64,000 nucleotides of DNA from NCBI GenBank assembly GCA_964016885.1, contig OZ024745.1, forward strand, positions 78,740,001 through 78,804,000. The letters run 5' to 3'. Position 1 is the first letter of the stretch; every line of letters begins with the position of its first letter. The DNA is from Eledone cirrhosa (taxonomy: Eukaryota). Shown piece by piece: positions 40,991-54,033 of the stretch. Made by a program: the position numbers and the translations under genes. The notes under the pieces are model-generated. The model was not told the origin of the DNA. It did not search any database and was given only the letters and a program-made list of their open reading frames with translations.

Positions 40991-43900
40991 ACAATCTAGA
41001 TCGTACTTAGATAGATTCTTAGTTAGAAGTAAGGATAGGGACATATTAAGCTGTCCAGAAATGCGCACGGTTGGCTACACGGATCACAAATTAGTGACCT
41101 GCGTGGTCAATCTCGAGAAAACACATAGACAGGGTCCCGGTTACTGGAAACTTAATTTGTCTTTACCGGCAAAAGAGACTTACAGAAACCGGATTAGCAG
41201 ATTAGTTAAGGAGAGGTTGACGGGTGCAATCGTCAACAACCGATGGTGGGCATCTCTCAAAAGAGAGATTAGAACAGAATCAATAAGTTATAGCAAGATG
41301 TTAGCTGCCAATAGGAATAGAAACGAGAAAGAATTAACAGGTAAATTAGAAGAGGCAATCAAGAGCGAAGATGTGGCCAGAGTGCTGGCATCGAGGACGG
41401 CCTTGAACCAGTTTTTCGATGCAAAGCATGAAGGCTGCGTCATTCGAAGTAAAATACGTGCTCTAGGTAATGAGGGGGACAAAGCCGTTGGATGGCCCGC
41501 GTGACAGAAGCTAAAAGTGGAAATCGATCCACCATCCGTTGCAAGACGAAGATGGACGAGTGATCCGGGAGCCTAAGCAGATGTGCGAGGCCTTTCAAAA
41601 GCACTTTGCCCGATTGTTCGGGGGAGGCGAGGGTCCGGGCCGGGGCGTGGATTTCGGTCCATACCTCGACGGCCTGCCGCGTCTCTCGAACAAAGAGGCA
41701 GAGTCCTGCGAGGGACCAATCTCGGCTGATGAGATCGGAGATGCGCTGAGCCAATGCAGCAGACGCAAATCTCCAGGTCTCGATGGTATACCTTGCGAAC
41801 TTTATTTAGCAATGCCGGTCTTCTTCTCCGAACTCCTCGAAGCGGTCTACTGCAATTGGCAGCAGAACGGGAGAATTCCTTGTTCTGTAGCCAAGGGCGT
41901 AGTCACGCTGGTGAGGAAGGACGAGAACAAGGGGGATAGTATAAATAATTTTCGGCCCATAACCCTGCTAAACACAGAGTTAAAGATTTTGGCCAAGGTG
42001 TTAGCAAAGAGGTTGGCGCTTGTCGTGGGTGGCCTGGTGGGAGATGCGCAGACATGTGCTATCCCATCCAGGTCCATTCACGATAACCTCCACCTCATGC
42101 GATACATCATAGAGAGGGTTGGCAACAAACCCGGCTTCGGTGGGGCCCTGATCAACTTGGATCAGTCTAAGGCCTTCGATAGGGTCGACCATGGTTACCT
42201 GGATGCGGTGCTAGCGGCGGCTGGGTTCGGTCCTGTTTTCAGAGGCTGGATCACTGCCCTACATAGCAACCACATCTGTTCTGGGATCAAGGTGAACGGC
42301 TACCTTTCGAAGCCGTTCGAAATCACACGATCCATTCGACAGGGGTGCCCTCTCTCCTCCCTTCTGTACGTATTGACTCTCGAGCCTTTACTGAGGAAGT
42401 TGGAGTTGTTGCAGGGTATCCCCCTGGAACCAGGATTGAGCAAAGCGGTGTCGGCCTACGCCGATGACGTAACAGTAATGGTATCAACCGACTCGGAGAT
42501 CGAGGCGATCGGTACCTTACTGGAGGAGTACGAAAGGTTGTCAGGAGCGAAACTGAACCGGGAAAAATCCATCGGGCTGCAACTCGGAACGTGGAGAGGC
42601 AAACCGATGCCTCCTGACGGTGTCGTCGGACACTGGACGGAGGGCCCGGTAAAGTTGCTTGGGGTCTGGTTTGGACCGGACCTCCAGGTGGAAAAGAACT
42701 GGAACGAGGTTACGAACAAGGTGTTTGCACTAACCCAGAAATGGGCCAAGTGTAAGCTGTCCCTAAAAGGCCGGGCGGAGGTGGCGAACATTTACATAGC
42801 GTCCGTCACTTACTACCGCCTGACTGTCGTGCCTTGCCCTAAGGAAACACTCACCACCATGGAACGCATGCTCTTCCAATTTCTTTGGAAGAAGCGTCCT
42901 CCTATGGTGAGAAGATCCATCTGCTGCCAACAACCTTCGAAAGGAGGGCTGGGGATGCCGTGGTTGATGATGCGTAGGCACGCATTAAGGCTACGGCACC
43001 TACAGGTATTCCTCACTGGTCAACCGGTGTGGGCTCCGTTCGTGAAACGAGCCTTTCCGAGACTCGTCTCACTCACCGAGCTACAGTCCTGGGTCAAGCA
43101 AAGATCCGGAAAACTGGGAGACTGGCACACTGAGTGTGCTCAGGCGCTCAGGGCTCTCTGGCAAGCGGGCCGGGCCATCGGTGGAGAATCCACCTCATCA
43201 TTCTATAGAGGGCTGGTGGCTAGCAGGGGCGATGACACCCTTGGAGAGTCGCTGGACATGGAAGAAGACGAACTGGCCAGCCTGTTCGGTAGGACTTTCG
43301 GCCCAGGACCAATGGACAACTTCCAGAAGTCACTGGCCTGGCAGTGCTACCGAGGGGCTCTACCCGTTCGAGAGAGGCTCTACAGACACGGGCGCCCGGG
43401 CAGGGATCCCTCAAAAAAAATTTGCCCTAGATGCGTGCGTCACGAAGAAACCGTAGCGCACGCATTGGTGCAATGTCCGGGCGTGGCTGATCTGTGGGGC
43501 TACGCCGAACAACTGCTGTCGCGGGTGGCGCCGATTAAATTGACCGCCGAGTCCGTGATGACAATCAAACCGCCTCCCCTCTTCACAAAGGAAGCAAAGG
43601 CGGTTTTTCTGTGCGTAATAGCCATGTTGAAAGAGGTTGTTTGGTGGACACGATTGAAAGGTCTGAGGTCAGGCAACTTCCTCTCTGGCCATAGTCTGGT
43701 CTACTTCTTCCGATATCACTTCGGAAGAAGGATAAGAATGGAGAGAGAGGTGCTTGGCCACAGGCAGTTTTATGAAAGGTGGGTGATAGTGGCGAGAATG
43801 GCTCGTGTAAATGGGCCTTCTCTGTATACCATCCTGTAGGTAAAGAAGTAAAGGAGAGGGGAGCACCTTCTCCATGTGCTCCCCGGGCAAAGGATTGCAC

Positions 43901-44055
43901 ACTTTTTCGGGGGTGTGTGCAACCCCCATCACGTCCCCTCCCTTTTGAGGTTATTTTCGATTATTTTCATGTTACACCCTTTTTACTCGATTATATGTAA
44001 ACTCCCCCTTTGTATTTGTCCCTTCTTTTTATGCCTTTATGGTAAATAAAGAAAT
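40991..44055 (+). mobile_element. 5'-truncated, young Tx1/L1-clade LINE with a 766-aa open RT/zinc-finger ORF
   Basis: SPGLDG, NFRPITLLN, DQSKAFDRV, RQGCPLS, YADD, GGLG, CPRC...ETVAHALVQC; 3' UTR ends AATAAAGAAAT. Confidence 0.93.
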
Positions 44056-44128
44056 CTATAATTGAAGTAAAAGCAACACCTCAAGAAAGTGTCACGTATC
44101 TACGACAATAATGAATCTCAGGCCATTT

Positions 44129-44317
44129 GGTGGATTGACAGTATCGGTAGAGAGTCGGACGCCATGCTTTGCATCAAAGAGTTACGGCCCTTTATGATCT
44201 GAGTTCAAATCCCGCCGAGGTTAACTTTGCCTTTCATCCTTACGGGGTCGATAAAATAAAGTACCAGTAATGCACTGGGTAATTGTTGGCCTTGTGCCAA
44301 AAGTAGAAACAATTATT
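44129..44317 (+). mobile_element. Main-family SINE (further copies at about 21097-21170, 45414-45528, 46407-46680, 48787-48940, 55400-55595, 60084-60275)
   Basis: Match to the SINE consensus. Confidence 0.85.
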
Positions 44318-45741
44318 ACTTCAAATCAAAAATGCTAAACTCCCTCTAAGTAAATCAAATATCAGCCAAATATCAACAGAAGGAATCTTACCTTAACTTA
44401 TTACTACAATGCAAATCAACAAAATTCCTACAACCTCAATTTCAAAGCTCTACGTTTTTCATTTGTAAACTTAAAATAAGCCTGAATTTTCATAGAATCT
44501 ATATATGTCAATAATATTTGGTGACAAAATATTTAATTACTTATCTCATTATAATAAGTTATATGACAATATTGATGCCTACTACCAATATCAAGTGTGT
44601 CTGTGTGTGTCTGCTTATGTGTGCTTATGTGAGCGTATACGCGCGCGCGTACACTAGTTTCAACAAACATGAATGAAAACAAAAGCAGATATATTCACAA
44701 AGGTAAATAAATCAGTAAGGACTTTCTAATTGACATTTAACACGTTAACAGGATTCACTCTCACACCACACCTACTTCAAGGCAAAAACAATATATCAGG
44801 ACCCGAGAATAGCTCTTCTTTTCCGGTTAAACATTTTCTCTCCCACCTATTCAACAGTTTCGTCAAATGTTAAATCATTTGCTTCACCTCAACATCAGTG
44901 CTATCGACCAATGATAAACAAAGGCTCACCAGAATCAACTAGTTAAACTTTGCATTTACTTTCAATGTTTACAATAGTTTATTTTCATTAAATACAATAT
45001 ATATGTTTTACAATTGATCCTGTGTTTCTTGGGAAAATCTGAGTCATCAGAACATGAGTTATACTGAGACCCATTGATGCCTTGCATTTGTAATACATCA
45101 AAGTTCACTCTGACGTTAAAAGATATAGCTTGTATATCTTATTCTATTTAATTACCCTTCTTTATGTTAATGCCCTTTCTGAGTAAGATTCTCCATGAAC
45201 CAACATTTCTCATGCAAGAAATATCATAAGTATATTTTCTTCAAACTAAACGCTACTGTCTCAAACAAAACAAAAGAGAACATATGTTCGAGAATGTATT
45301 CTGTCTGGAAAAAAAATCATCTTTCATCATGTAACATCTTTCATCATCTTAATCATGACTGACATAAGCAAAATAAGCAACCATTTGGTTATCTTTTCCT
45401 AACGAAAGCGCATGAGTTCAAATCCTGCCGAGGTTAACTTTGCCTTTCATCCTTACGGGGTCGATAAAATAAAGTACCAGTAATGCACTGGGTAATTGCT
45501 GGCCTTGTGCCAAAAGTAGAAACAATTATATTTGACCAGGTCTAATTAAAATTTCGCTACGGTAAAATAAGTGAATATTATGCCGATTTGTAATAGTATA
45601 GTGAATAATTGGAAGTGTCATCTCATTCACAAAATACATAGAACTATTCTGTTATGAAGTCATGATGAGCAACTGACTTATCAGTTAAATAATATTTTAA
45701 TTGTCATAGTTTCTACAACTGAAATATTGAAATATACTTAC

Positions 45742-45810
45742 CCGTTGGTTTTCCAGTAATGTTATTATTAAACGGAATCTCTTCAAAAGTTTTGTTCTCA
45801 AACATGTCCC
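45742..45810 (-). CDS. Gene B inter-domain linker exon
   Basis: ttctcttctcacag| acceptor, G|GTAAGT donor, 69 nt phase 1-1. GDMFENKTFEEIPFNNNITGKPT with two N-glycosylation sequons. Confidence 0.7.
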
Positions 45811-47782
45811 CTGTGAGAAGAGAATATATGAGGCACTGTTTTATACAAATTGAAACAATAACTATTATATTACCAACTTTACCTACGTTAAATAGATGAA
45901 AAATATTTGAACAAATGTAGAACCATTTTCAGAGATTTTATTTAGTAGCGTCTAGCCTGGTATGATTTATTAAAAAATGTGCTATTTTTTTTTTTACAGG
46001 GAAGAGTGGCAAATTTTCCTCTTCCTGATAACTATGAAGAAAGGGGTAGTATTGGGGACAGATATAAAAGATTTGAGGGTAGGCATGTTGTTCTCCGCTC
46101 AAGTCCACATCAAATTCTTTAAGTACCACTTAAAGCGGAAAGTGAGAGTAGAAAGGAGAGTGCTAACTTCTAGTGTGCTTCATGATAAATGGGTTAGAGC
46201 GGCGAACCTACTCTGACTATGCTTTACTAAGGAAGATGAAAGAAACCGGTAAAGGACACTTTCAATGATCTTAATACGACAGAATAGTCTTGAGTTTTTG
46301 TGAAGGGGTTTCTCTAAAATTAACGAGAGGTCGTTTCCTTCTGTTGGAAACTTCTGTATGTCGACTTTTATTATATATGTTTGTGTTGTCATTATTACTG
46401 TTTACCAAGGTTAACTTTGCCTTTCATCCTTACAGGGTCGATAAAATAAAGTACCAGTAATGCACTGGGTAATTGCTGGCCTTGTGCCTAACGTAGAAAC
46501 AATTATTACTGTTTACTAAGTACGGCTCTTTATGATCTGAGCTCAAATCCCGCCGAGGTTAACTTTGCCTTTCATCCTTATGGGGTCGATAAAACAAAGT
46601 ACCAGTCACGCACTGGGGTCGATTTAATTTTCCCCTCCCCCCAGATTACTGGCCTTGTGCCTATATAAGAAACCATTATTACTGTTTACTAACACCGATG
46701 CCTCAAATTTAGGGAGCCAAGTATCATCAATTATATATCGATTTTGCATTAGGCTGTTCCTTTTGTTATCGACCCCGGAATAACGAGAGACAAAGTCGCT
46801 CCTAGCTGAATTTGAACTTAGAACGTAAATAGTCGTAGCTAAAAACCAATATGTATTTCGTTTGAAACTCGGAGGACGTTCTACTAATCCGTTAATATAT
46901 GTTATTCTTCCCAAGTAATATCACTTCTAAGATAAACTTCATAATTTTAGACAAAATAACACAACACTTTCACACCTTTGATTGCCGCTATTTTATATTT
47001 ACACCCAGAAAAAAAGTAATTAATTAATTCGGTTTTTTGTTTGTTTGTTTGTTTTTGTTTCTTTGTTTTGGTGTCGTTTATTTTGTTTGTTTTTCCTTTA
47101 AGATTTTCTGTTATTGTTGCTCTGTCTTCGTCTGTTATTTCAGAATATTTTTAATTTTCGACTTCCTCGAAGACAAAAATCCGTCTATTTTAGATTTCGA
47201 TGTTTGTTTTTTGTTTTTTGTTTTTCATATTTTGTAGCTAATAAGCCCTACAATACTGGAAGCAATTTCTGTTATACCTGTTGCCATCTTACCAATTTCA
47301 TGATGGTGCATTAATGTCTATCAAGTATTGTAGGTAATATTCTTAACCTGCACAGTAAAGACAACATTGCGAATGAACGAACCACGTGGAGATTTATCAA
47401 TCGTTCCGAGCGGACTATCATTGACATACACAGGTTCTTTATGGAATTTGTTGAGTAAAACCTTAAAAAGAGTATTACAGAACCCGTTTGTTTCGATAAG
47501 AAAAGTAAACGTTTCGTCTTGGAATTTTCATAGATGAAAGATCTATCACATGGTATTTATTCCTCGGTGTTTTCCATTTGAATCTTGTATAGTGATGTTA
47601 TTCTCACGTTTTGTAAATTTTAGTAAGAGCATTTTTAATATTGTCAGGATTAGTCTTAGAATTTGAAATGATACTTTTGAGGTGACAGTTACTATTTGCT
47701 GTCAAAATATCCGCATCTTTCTTATTAATAGAACGGATTTACTCGAATAACTATCAAAATGTTTAATATGTAGCTTACTTAC

Positions 47783-47908
47783 CAATTGATTTGCGATTAC
47801 ATTGATCACTGTTACAGAAACAAAATATCTCGTTGCTGTAAGAATAACAACCAGAGTCTGGAAGGCCTTTTGGTAGATTATGGAGTGTGGAGCAGGAACG
47901 AAAATAGA
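47783..47908 (-). CDS. Gene B LU domain 1, C-half
   Basis: ctcttctag| acceptor, G|GTAAGT donor, 126 nt phase 1-1. IYFRSCSTLHNLPKGLPDSGCYSYSNEIFCFCNSDQCNRKSI. Confidence 0.9.
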
Positions 47909-49610
47909 CTAGAAGAGAGTAGTTGAAATATCAATTAAGGATTTCATATAACAATACAAATAATATTTCTTGGGTAAACAGCAACACAAAGGCTACTTTT
48001 GGATTGCTGATCTGCATAACACAAAACAACCTTTTATTATGTCTTATATGAATGACCTTCTGTGATTTATTTACGAATGCATTAGGAACAACTATTTTCG
48101 TGTTGTTTTTTTCTTCTTTTTTTTTTTGTTCAATTTACATAGTCACACTGATGGAATATGTATATTTGTGTTGCTCTCTATAATAGTGCATAACTGATCC
48201 ATTAAACATAATCAATTGTTTGCTCATTTATATATATATTTGATTATCAATCTCTAAATTATAGCATTTACTTAAGTAAATTGTTTACATTAATTTTTTT
48301 CAAAACATTGCCGCCGTTTTTATAACAAAATACTTTTCCTTTGTCTATATTGTTAACGTATTCTCTCAATAAAGCTTTAATCATTTAACATTTTAGAAGC
48401 TTCGCAGTAACAGCGAAAAGAAACATCTGATAATATCCTAGGTTTATAAGTTTTTATACTTCAGGAAGAGGCGGAACATCATGTTAAATGAGACAGAACT
48501 TTTATCTACTGTTTCATTTTTATTCACCCAAAGTATATCATATTCTATTAATATTACTAGCAGAAAAATCACCCGTAGGGTGGTTTTCTGCTAGCATGTG
48601 TAGTGTGCATATTAATATTAGACGCAAATAAATATGCATATAGATATGATAAAAAGGATAAAGATCCCATAACTTCCCGCGGAGTCGTAGAGGCACCGTC
48701 ATACGGCGTGTCTAGGGCACTTTTAAACCTGGCGGAGCCCAACCCTCACCTGGTCTGAATACAGCCGATTTTTTCTATAGAGGAAGAATCGACCCCAGTA
48801 CTGGACTGGTACTTTTTTTTTATGGACCTCGAAAGGATGAAAGACAAAGTTGACCACGGCGGGATTTGAACTCAGAGTGTGCAATGAGGTGGGACGAATA
48901 CCGTAAAGCATTCTATTCGACGTCTTAACGACTCTGCCAATAGATATGATACGTCTAATAAAATCATAATTGACAATATGCACAGAAATTGAAGAGAGAC
49001 TGTGTTACACTCTCTTCTGTATTCAGTAAAGTACACATATATTTAAAAAAGACGATATTATATATAAAGTGCATTACAGCAAAATGTTATGAAAACGAAA
49101 AAGGAGAAAATTAGCGACTGCAATATAAACGTTATATAACTATGCAAATATATGAACGTTTATATAAGCGGTGTGATATAGTGTACGGGCGTTAACCGGA
49201 AGTGTAGATATTTGAACATTTTAAAGAAGTGAATCTGAAAATACATTATATCTAAGAATATTTATGTTTAATCAAGATATACGAAATTTAGTAGATACAT
49301 TACATAATATTCATTCATGATTTATTCAAAGTAATCCAACTTATTTTAATAACGTGTTCAGAAAAAATATCCCTGACACAGTCTTGCAGTCCTCCAATCA
49401 TTATATAAAAATTCTTTAACTGCATAGATGTAGTCTGACTATGCGCTTAAAGAATCATTATTCAAACCTCATCCTTCGTATGTTTTCCCACCCACCCACT
49501 ACCATCTCCAAGAACTGTCACATCATAAAATCCTAATCAAACGTAAGCCTTGAATAACGGGGGTGGGGTGATGTCATAGCTGGGAGTTAATGATACAATT
49601 GCCACTTATA

Positions 49611-50100
49611 TAATAATTGTTTCTACTTTTGGCACAAGGCGAGAAATTACCCAGTGCATTACTGGTACTTTATTTTATCGACCCTGTAAGGATAAAAGGC
49701 AAAGTTAACCTCGGCGGGATTTGAACTCAGACCGTAAAGGGACGTAACTATGCTGGAAAGCATATCCGACCCTCCACCGATACTGCCAATCCACCACCAT
49801 GCCACTTATATAATAATTGTTTCTACTTTAGGCACAAGGCAGCAATTACCCAGTGCATTACTGGTACTTTATTTTATATAATAATGGTTTCTTATATAGG
49901 CACAAGGCCAGCAATTTTGGGGGAGGGGAAAGTCGATTAAATCGACCCCAGTGCGTGATTGGTACTTTATTTTATCGACCCCGTATGGATGAAAGGCAAA
50001 GTTAACCTCGGCGGGATTTGAACTCAGACCATAAAGGGCCGTAACTCTTTGCTGCAAAGCATGGCGTCCAACCCTCTACCGATACTGCCAATCTACCACC
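49611..50100 (-). mobile_element. Stack of three main-family SINEs
   Basis: First copy is flanked by the duplication TGCCACTTATATAATAATT (49600, 49800); further copies sit at or after the duplicated site. Confidence 0.85.
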
Positions 50101-50202
50101 ATCTTTCTTCGATCGACTTTCGTCAAATCGGACCAAGGAAACAATGTTTCCGTCGGTCTTTCCAGTTGCTAATAATATCTATCGGTCGCAACTCCAGGTA
50201 GA

Positions 50203-50323
50203 AGGAGCAACGTGAAATAAAGTGTCTTGCACAAGGACATAACGCATTGCCTGGTCCAGGAATCGAACTCACAACCTCAAGATCGTGAATCCAATTCTCT
50301 AACCACTCAGCCACACGCCTTCA
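50203..50323 (-). mobile_element. Second tRNA-derived (CORE-like) SINE family; decayed copies at about 24170-24270 and 51060-51180
   Basis: A box TGGCTGAGTGG, B box GAGTTCGATTCC, then GTCCTTGTGCAAGACACTTT (CORE-like). Confidence 0.75.
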
Positions 50324-50551
50324 CCAAATCTACCACCATGCCACAATAATGGCCAACATAGCTTTCTGTGTTAACTATTTACAGCCAAATGGACTGGATC
50401 ATTAACTTCAAAGTGCCTTGCCAGAAGTAATGATAACACACGAGCCAGTGGGTCTTCAACTGAGACTACCAAATATTATATTTATGGGATTAAAATAAAA
50501 AGAATTGAAATCATACATTGAAAAAAAGATAAAGGAATTTTTAAAACTTAC

Positions 50552-50710
50552 TTCCGGGATATTGAGAATTTGTTCTATAAATGCATTTTCCGCTGCATTC
50601 GGCATAGGCAATATTTGTCGTTTCACCATCGGTGGGGCAATTTTTATTGACTTTTCTTTCATGTTCCAGAAACTTCGTTGAACACTCATAACATTTTAGC
50701 TTCCCCGTAA
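50552..50710 (-). CDS. Gene B LU domain 1, N-half
   Basis: ttttttttag| acceptor, A|GTAAGT donor, 159 nt phase 1-1. VTGKLKCYECSTKFLEHERKVNKNCPTDGETTNIAYAECSGKCIYRTNSQYPG. Confidence 0.88.
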
Positions 50711-50845
50711 CTAAAAAAAATGAAGGTTAAAGTGAACGACAACAACATTGAAGATGAGTATAATGGGGACAATAGTCGAGACGGCTATTCCACTACATTA
50801 CATGTTTCGTCATTGAACCGTGCAGTTCATTTTGTCAACACTTAC

Positions 50846-50854
50846 CTCCAAATT
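50846..50854 (-). CDS. Gene B candidate 9-nt microexon (E-F-G)
   Basis: TTAACATTATAG|AATTTGGAG|GTAAGT; frame-preserving phase 1-1, with a strong donor 135 nt upstream of the LU1 acceptor. Confidence 0.35.
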
Positions 50855-51198
50855 CTATAATGTTAATCGGATCAGGAAAATTTTCATCGAAAGAAAGTAT
50901 TTAACTGAGCTAATCCCCGTATCATGAAACTTTAACTGACTGAGAGTACATAATTTGCCTCTGGACAGGACACTCCTATATCGCAAGGTTAACCCCTAGC
51001 TGCTGCTGAAAATGATGCTGATGCTGATGCTGTAGCTGATATTTGGTTTTTCAGCTGAGTGGACTCGAGCAACGAAAAATAAAGTGCCTTACTCAAAGAC
51101 CCAAAGCACCGCTCAGTTATAAAATAGAACTCGTGGCGTTACGATCGTGACTCAACACACTAACTTCTATGCCGCACGTTTTGATCATATATATATAT

Positions 51199-53227
51199 AT
51201 AAATAAAATAACAGGAGGCTGGACTGGTGTAAATCCTTGAAAGGTTTATTATACTATGATCATTTCAATGACCGGGTTCCATATGAATCCGGTGATATCA
51301 TCAGGTATTCGAAATATAACAAAGGAATATGTAAAAAACCATGGGTCCGAAAAAACAGAGACAGAGAGGACGACTGACCAACTAGCTGCTTTCACCTCGG
51401 CCAGTCGCCCTCAAAGTGGAGGCTACTCGATCTGCTAATGACCATCTGGTGAGGGAGCGAAGGCTTATAATGCACTACCACCTCTCCGTCAAAGAATAAA
51501 AAAGGGGAAGAAAGAAAGAAGGAAAAAGAAAGAAGTCAGCGTAAGGGTCACACTACAGTCATGCTAGAAAACGCCGCGAAAAATGTTATTCCAAAGAATC
51601 TATATTTTAACAAAGGCATATATAATGGGTGACTGTATAGTCTAATGTGTGAACAGAAAATTGGAACGTTAAACTTATGTTACGAGTTATAGGATGAAAT
51701 TAAATTTAAAAATAATAAATTGAAAAATAAATTAAAAAATAAATTAAAAAAATTAAGAAATGATTAGAAAATTAAAGGTTAAGGTAGTGAGATTTATTTA
51801 ATGAACTTACAGAGAGAGTCTTATATGAAAAAGTTAATCTCGATGAGAATCAGGGTGGGATATAGAGTAGAGACTAAAGCCTTCGATTGTGAAATCCCAG
51901 CCAGCACCTCCTAACCACGTGTCAGCCAGTTTCGAGTGGTATCGTCCAGCGAAAGAAATGGAAATTAATTTTTCAGAGTACTCAAGGAACGTAGCTACCT
52001 TAGGCCCCGGGTGTGCTAGCGGGAAGTCTACAATTTCGACAGGCCGTCATCTATACCAAACGAATACTATTAATTCACACATGAGGGGTTTATTTACGTG
52101 CCAGTAGAGGCATGATACAGCTAACAGTTATGCCTAAGCCTAGAGTTTATAGGTATAAGTATAATATGGCGGTCAAAACAGGCGGCGTGGCGGGCCCGGG
52201 GCAAAGCAACCCGCTCCGAGTAATTTCGTTTACCGAAAGAGGGGAAATTTATTTTCCCAAGCACTCAAGGAAGGCTGAACTTTCCGAGTGCCCAGCGCGC
52301 AGCCGAGGAAAGCCTCCACACCAGTCAAAGGTAGCAAAAACCCAAAGAAAAGTGCAAATAGACTATAATTATTTTAAAGTCCCAGTTAGTCCGGGTTATA
52401 AGTGTTTTGACCGCCATATTATACTTATACCTATAAACTCCAGGCTTACGCATAACTGGCTGACACGTCGTTAGGAGGTGCTGGCTGGGATTTCACAATC
52501 AAAGGCTTTAGTCTCTACTCTATATCCCACCCTGATTCTCATCGAGATTAACTTTTTCATATAAGACTCTCTCTGTAAGTTCATTAAATAAATCTCACTA
52601 CCTTAACCTTTAATTTTCTAATAATTTCTTAATTTTTTTAAACTTTATAATTTTTTAATTTATTTTTTTATTTATTTTTCAATTTATTATTTTTTCAATT
52701 TATTATTTTTTAAATTTAATTTCATCCTATAACTCGTAACATAAGTTTAACGTTCCAATTTTCTGTTCACACATTAGACTATACAGTCACCCATATGCCT
52801 TTGTTAAAATATAGATTCTTTGGAATAACATTTTTCGCGGCGTTTTCTAGCATGACTGTAGCGTGACCCTTACGCTGACTTCTTTCTTTTTTCTTCTTTC
52901 TTTCTTTCTTTCTTTCTTCCCCTTTTTTATTCTTTGACGGAGAGGTGGTAGTGCATTATAAGCCTTCGCCCCCTCACCAGATGGTCATTAGCAGACCGAG
53001 TAGCCACCACTTTGAGGGCGACTGGCCGAGGTGAAAGCAGCTAGTTGGTCAGTCGTCCTCTCTGTCTCTGTTTTTTCGGACCCATGGTTTTTTACATATT
53101 CCTTTGTTATATTTCGAATACCTGATGATATCACCGGATTCATATGGAACCCGGTCATTGAAATGATCATAGTATAATAAACCTTTCAAGGATTTACACC
53201 AGTCCAGCCTCCTGTTATTTTATTTAT
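51199..53227. repeat. 2-kb inverted-repeat element
   Basis: Arms 51199-51930 and 52454-53227 are near-identical; nested inner inverted pair about 52124-52180 / 52403-52458. Confidence 0.93.
53118..53175 (+). ncRNA. Type I hammerhead ribozyme (mirror copy about 51251-51308, -)
   Basis: ATAC-CTGATGA-TATCACCGG...CCGGTCATT-GAA-ATGATCAT-A-GTAT; palindromic stem III. Confidence 0.62.
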
Positions 53228-53352
53228 TATTAACTCCGTATTCGCACCACCAACTACACAAACGAAGACGGCTGAACTGCACTACGTTGAGTACTCTCCA
53301 TAATATTACACGGAATAACCAATTCTATCCAGTGGTGAACCAACAAACCTAA

Positions 53353-53413
<61 letters not shown>

Positions 53414-53614
53414 AACGAGTAGGACCTCGACGGCTGAGTTCAAGCCGTTTCGACGGCTAATTCTAATAATAGAGTCCAGAATTAGCCGTCGAAACGGCTT
53501 GAGCTCAGCCGTCGGGGTCCTACTCGTTCCTATTACCCACTCTACTACCCTAAGTATTGAGTACTTTGGTGCGTTATGGTCCACCTGGTTCCTTACCACA
53601 TTTCCTTCGTTATC

Positions 53615-53645
<31 letters not shown>

Positions 53646-53648
53646 ATG

Positions 53649-53708
<60 letters not shown>

Positions 53709-53990
53709 GAATAACGAAACGAAATTAAATTTCGTTTCGCTTCTAACTCACTTTTGTATGACTGACGCTTAAACAATTAAGTTAAAGTGTACATCTATAT
53801 ATGTATACGGAAGTATTAGTATGCATATAAATACACATATGTATACATATGTACATGTACCGAGCTTTTCACTGGACACTTTACAGTGAGTGTCCAGCTA
53901 GTCTGTATGTAAACAGACGAACCGGGTTTTAGAGGCATACGAGTTTTCAAGGAAACACATTTCCTCTATTCTCCAGAGAGCCAGACAGGA

Positions 53991-54033
53991 ATATTGGACT
54001 AGTTTCGATGTTATTACATCTCATCAGCAATAT
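53991..54033 (-). ncRNA. Minimal type I hammerhead ribozyme
   Basis: ATATTG-CTGATGA-GATGT AATA ACATC-GAA-ACTAGT-C-CAATAT: intact core, 6-bp stem I, 5-bp stem II, palindromic stem III, GUC cleavage triplet. Confidence 0.85.

Noticed and set aside
44385-44450. Minus-strand hydrophobic stretch FEIEVVGILLICIVVIS* next to AG|GTAAG as a possible GPI or signal exon
   Set aside because: In-frame stops on both sides and no phase-1 acceptor.
47604-47698. Possible short terminal exon after LU1 (ANSNCHLKS...IYKT*)
   Set aside because: Weak polypyrimidine tract and no GPI tail; the 45742-45810 exon fits better.
48557-48780. Possible Helentron/HINE-like element (TACTAGCAG start with hairpin)
   Set aside because: Termini are too degenerate to support a call by eye.
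51256-53170. Two near-identical 60-aa ORFs on opposite strands
   Set aside because: They are mirror arms of the inverted repeat, antisense to the hammerhead, with no protein motif.
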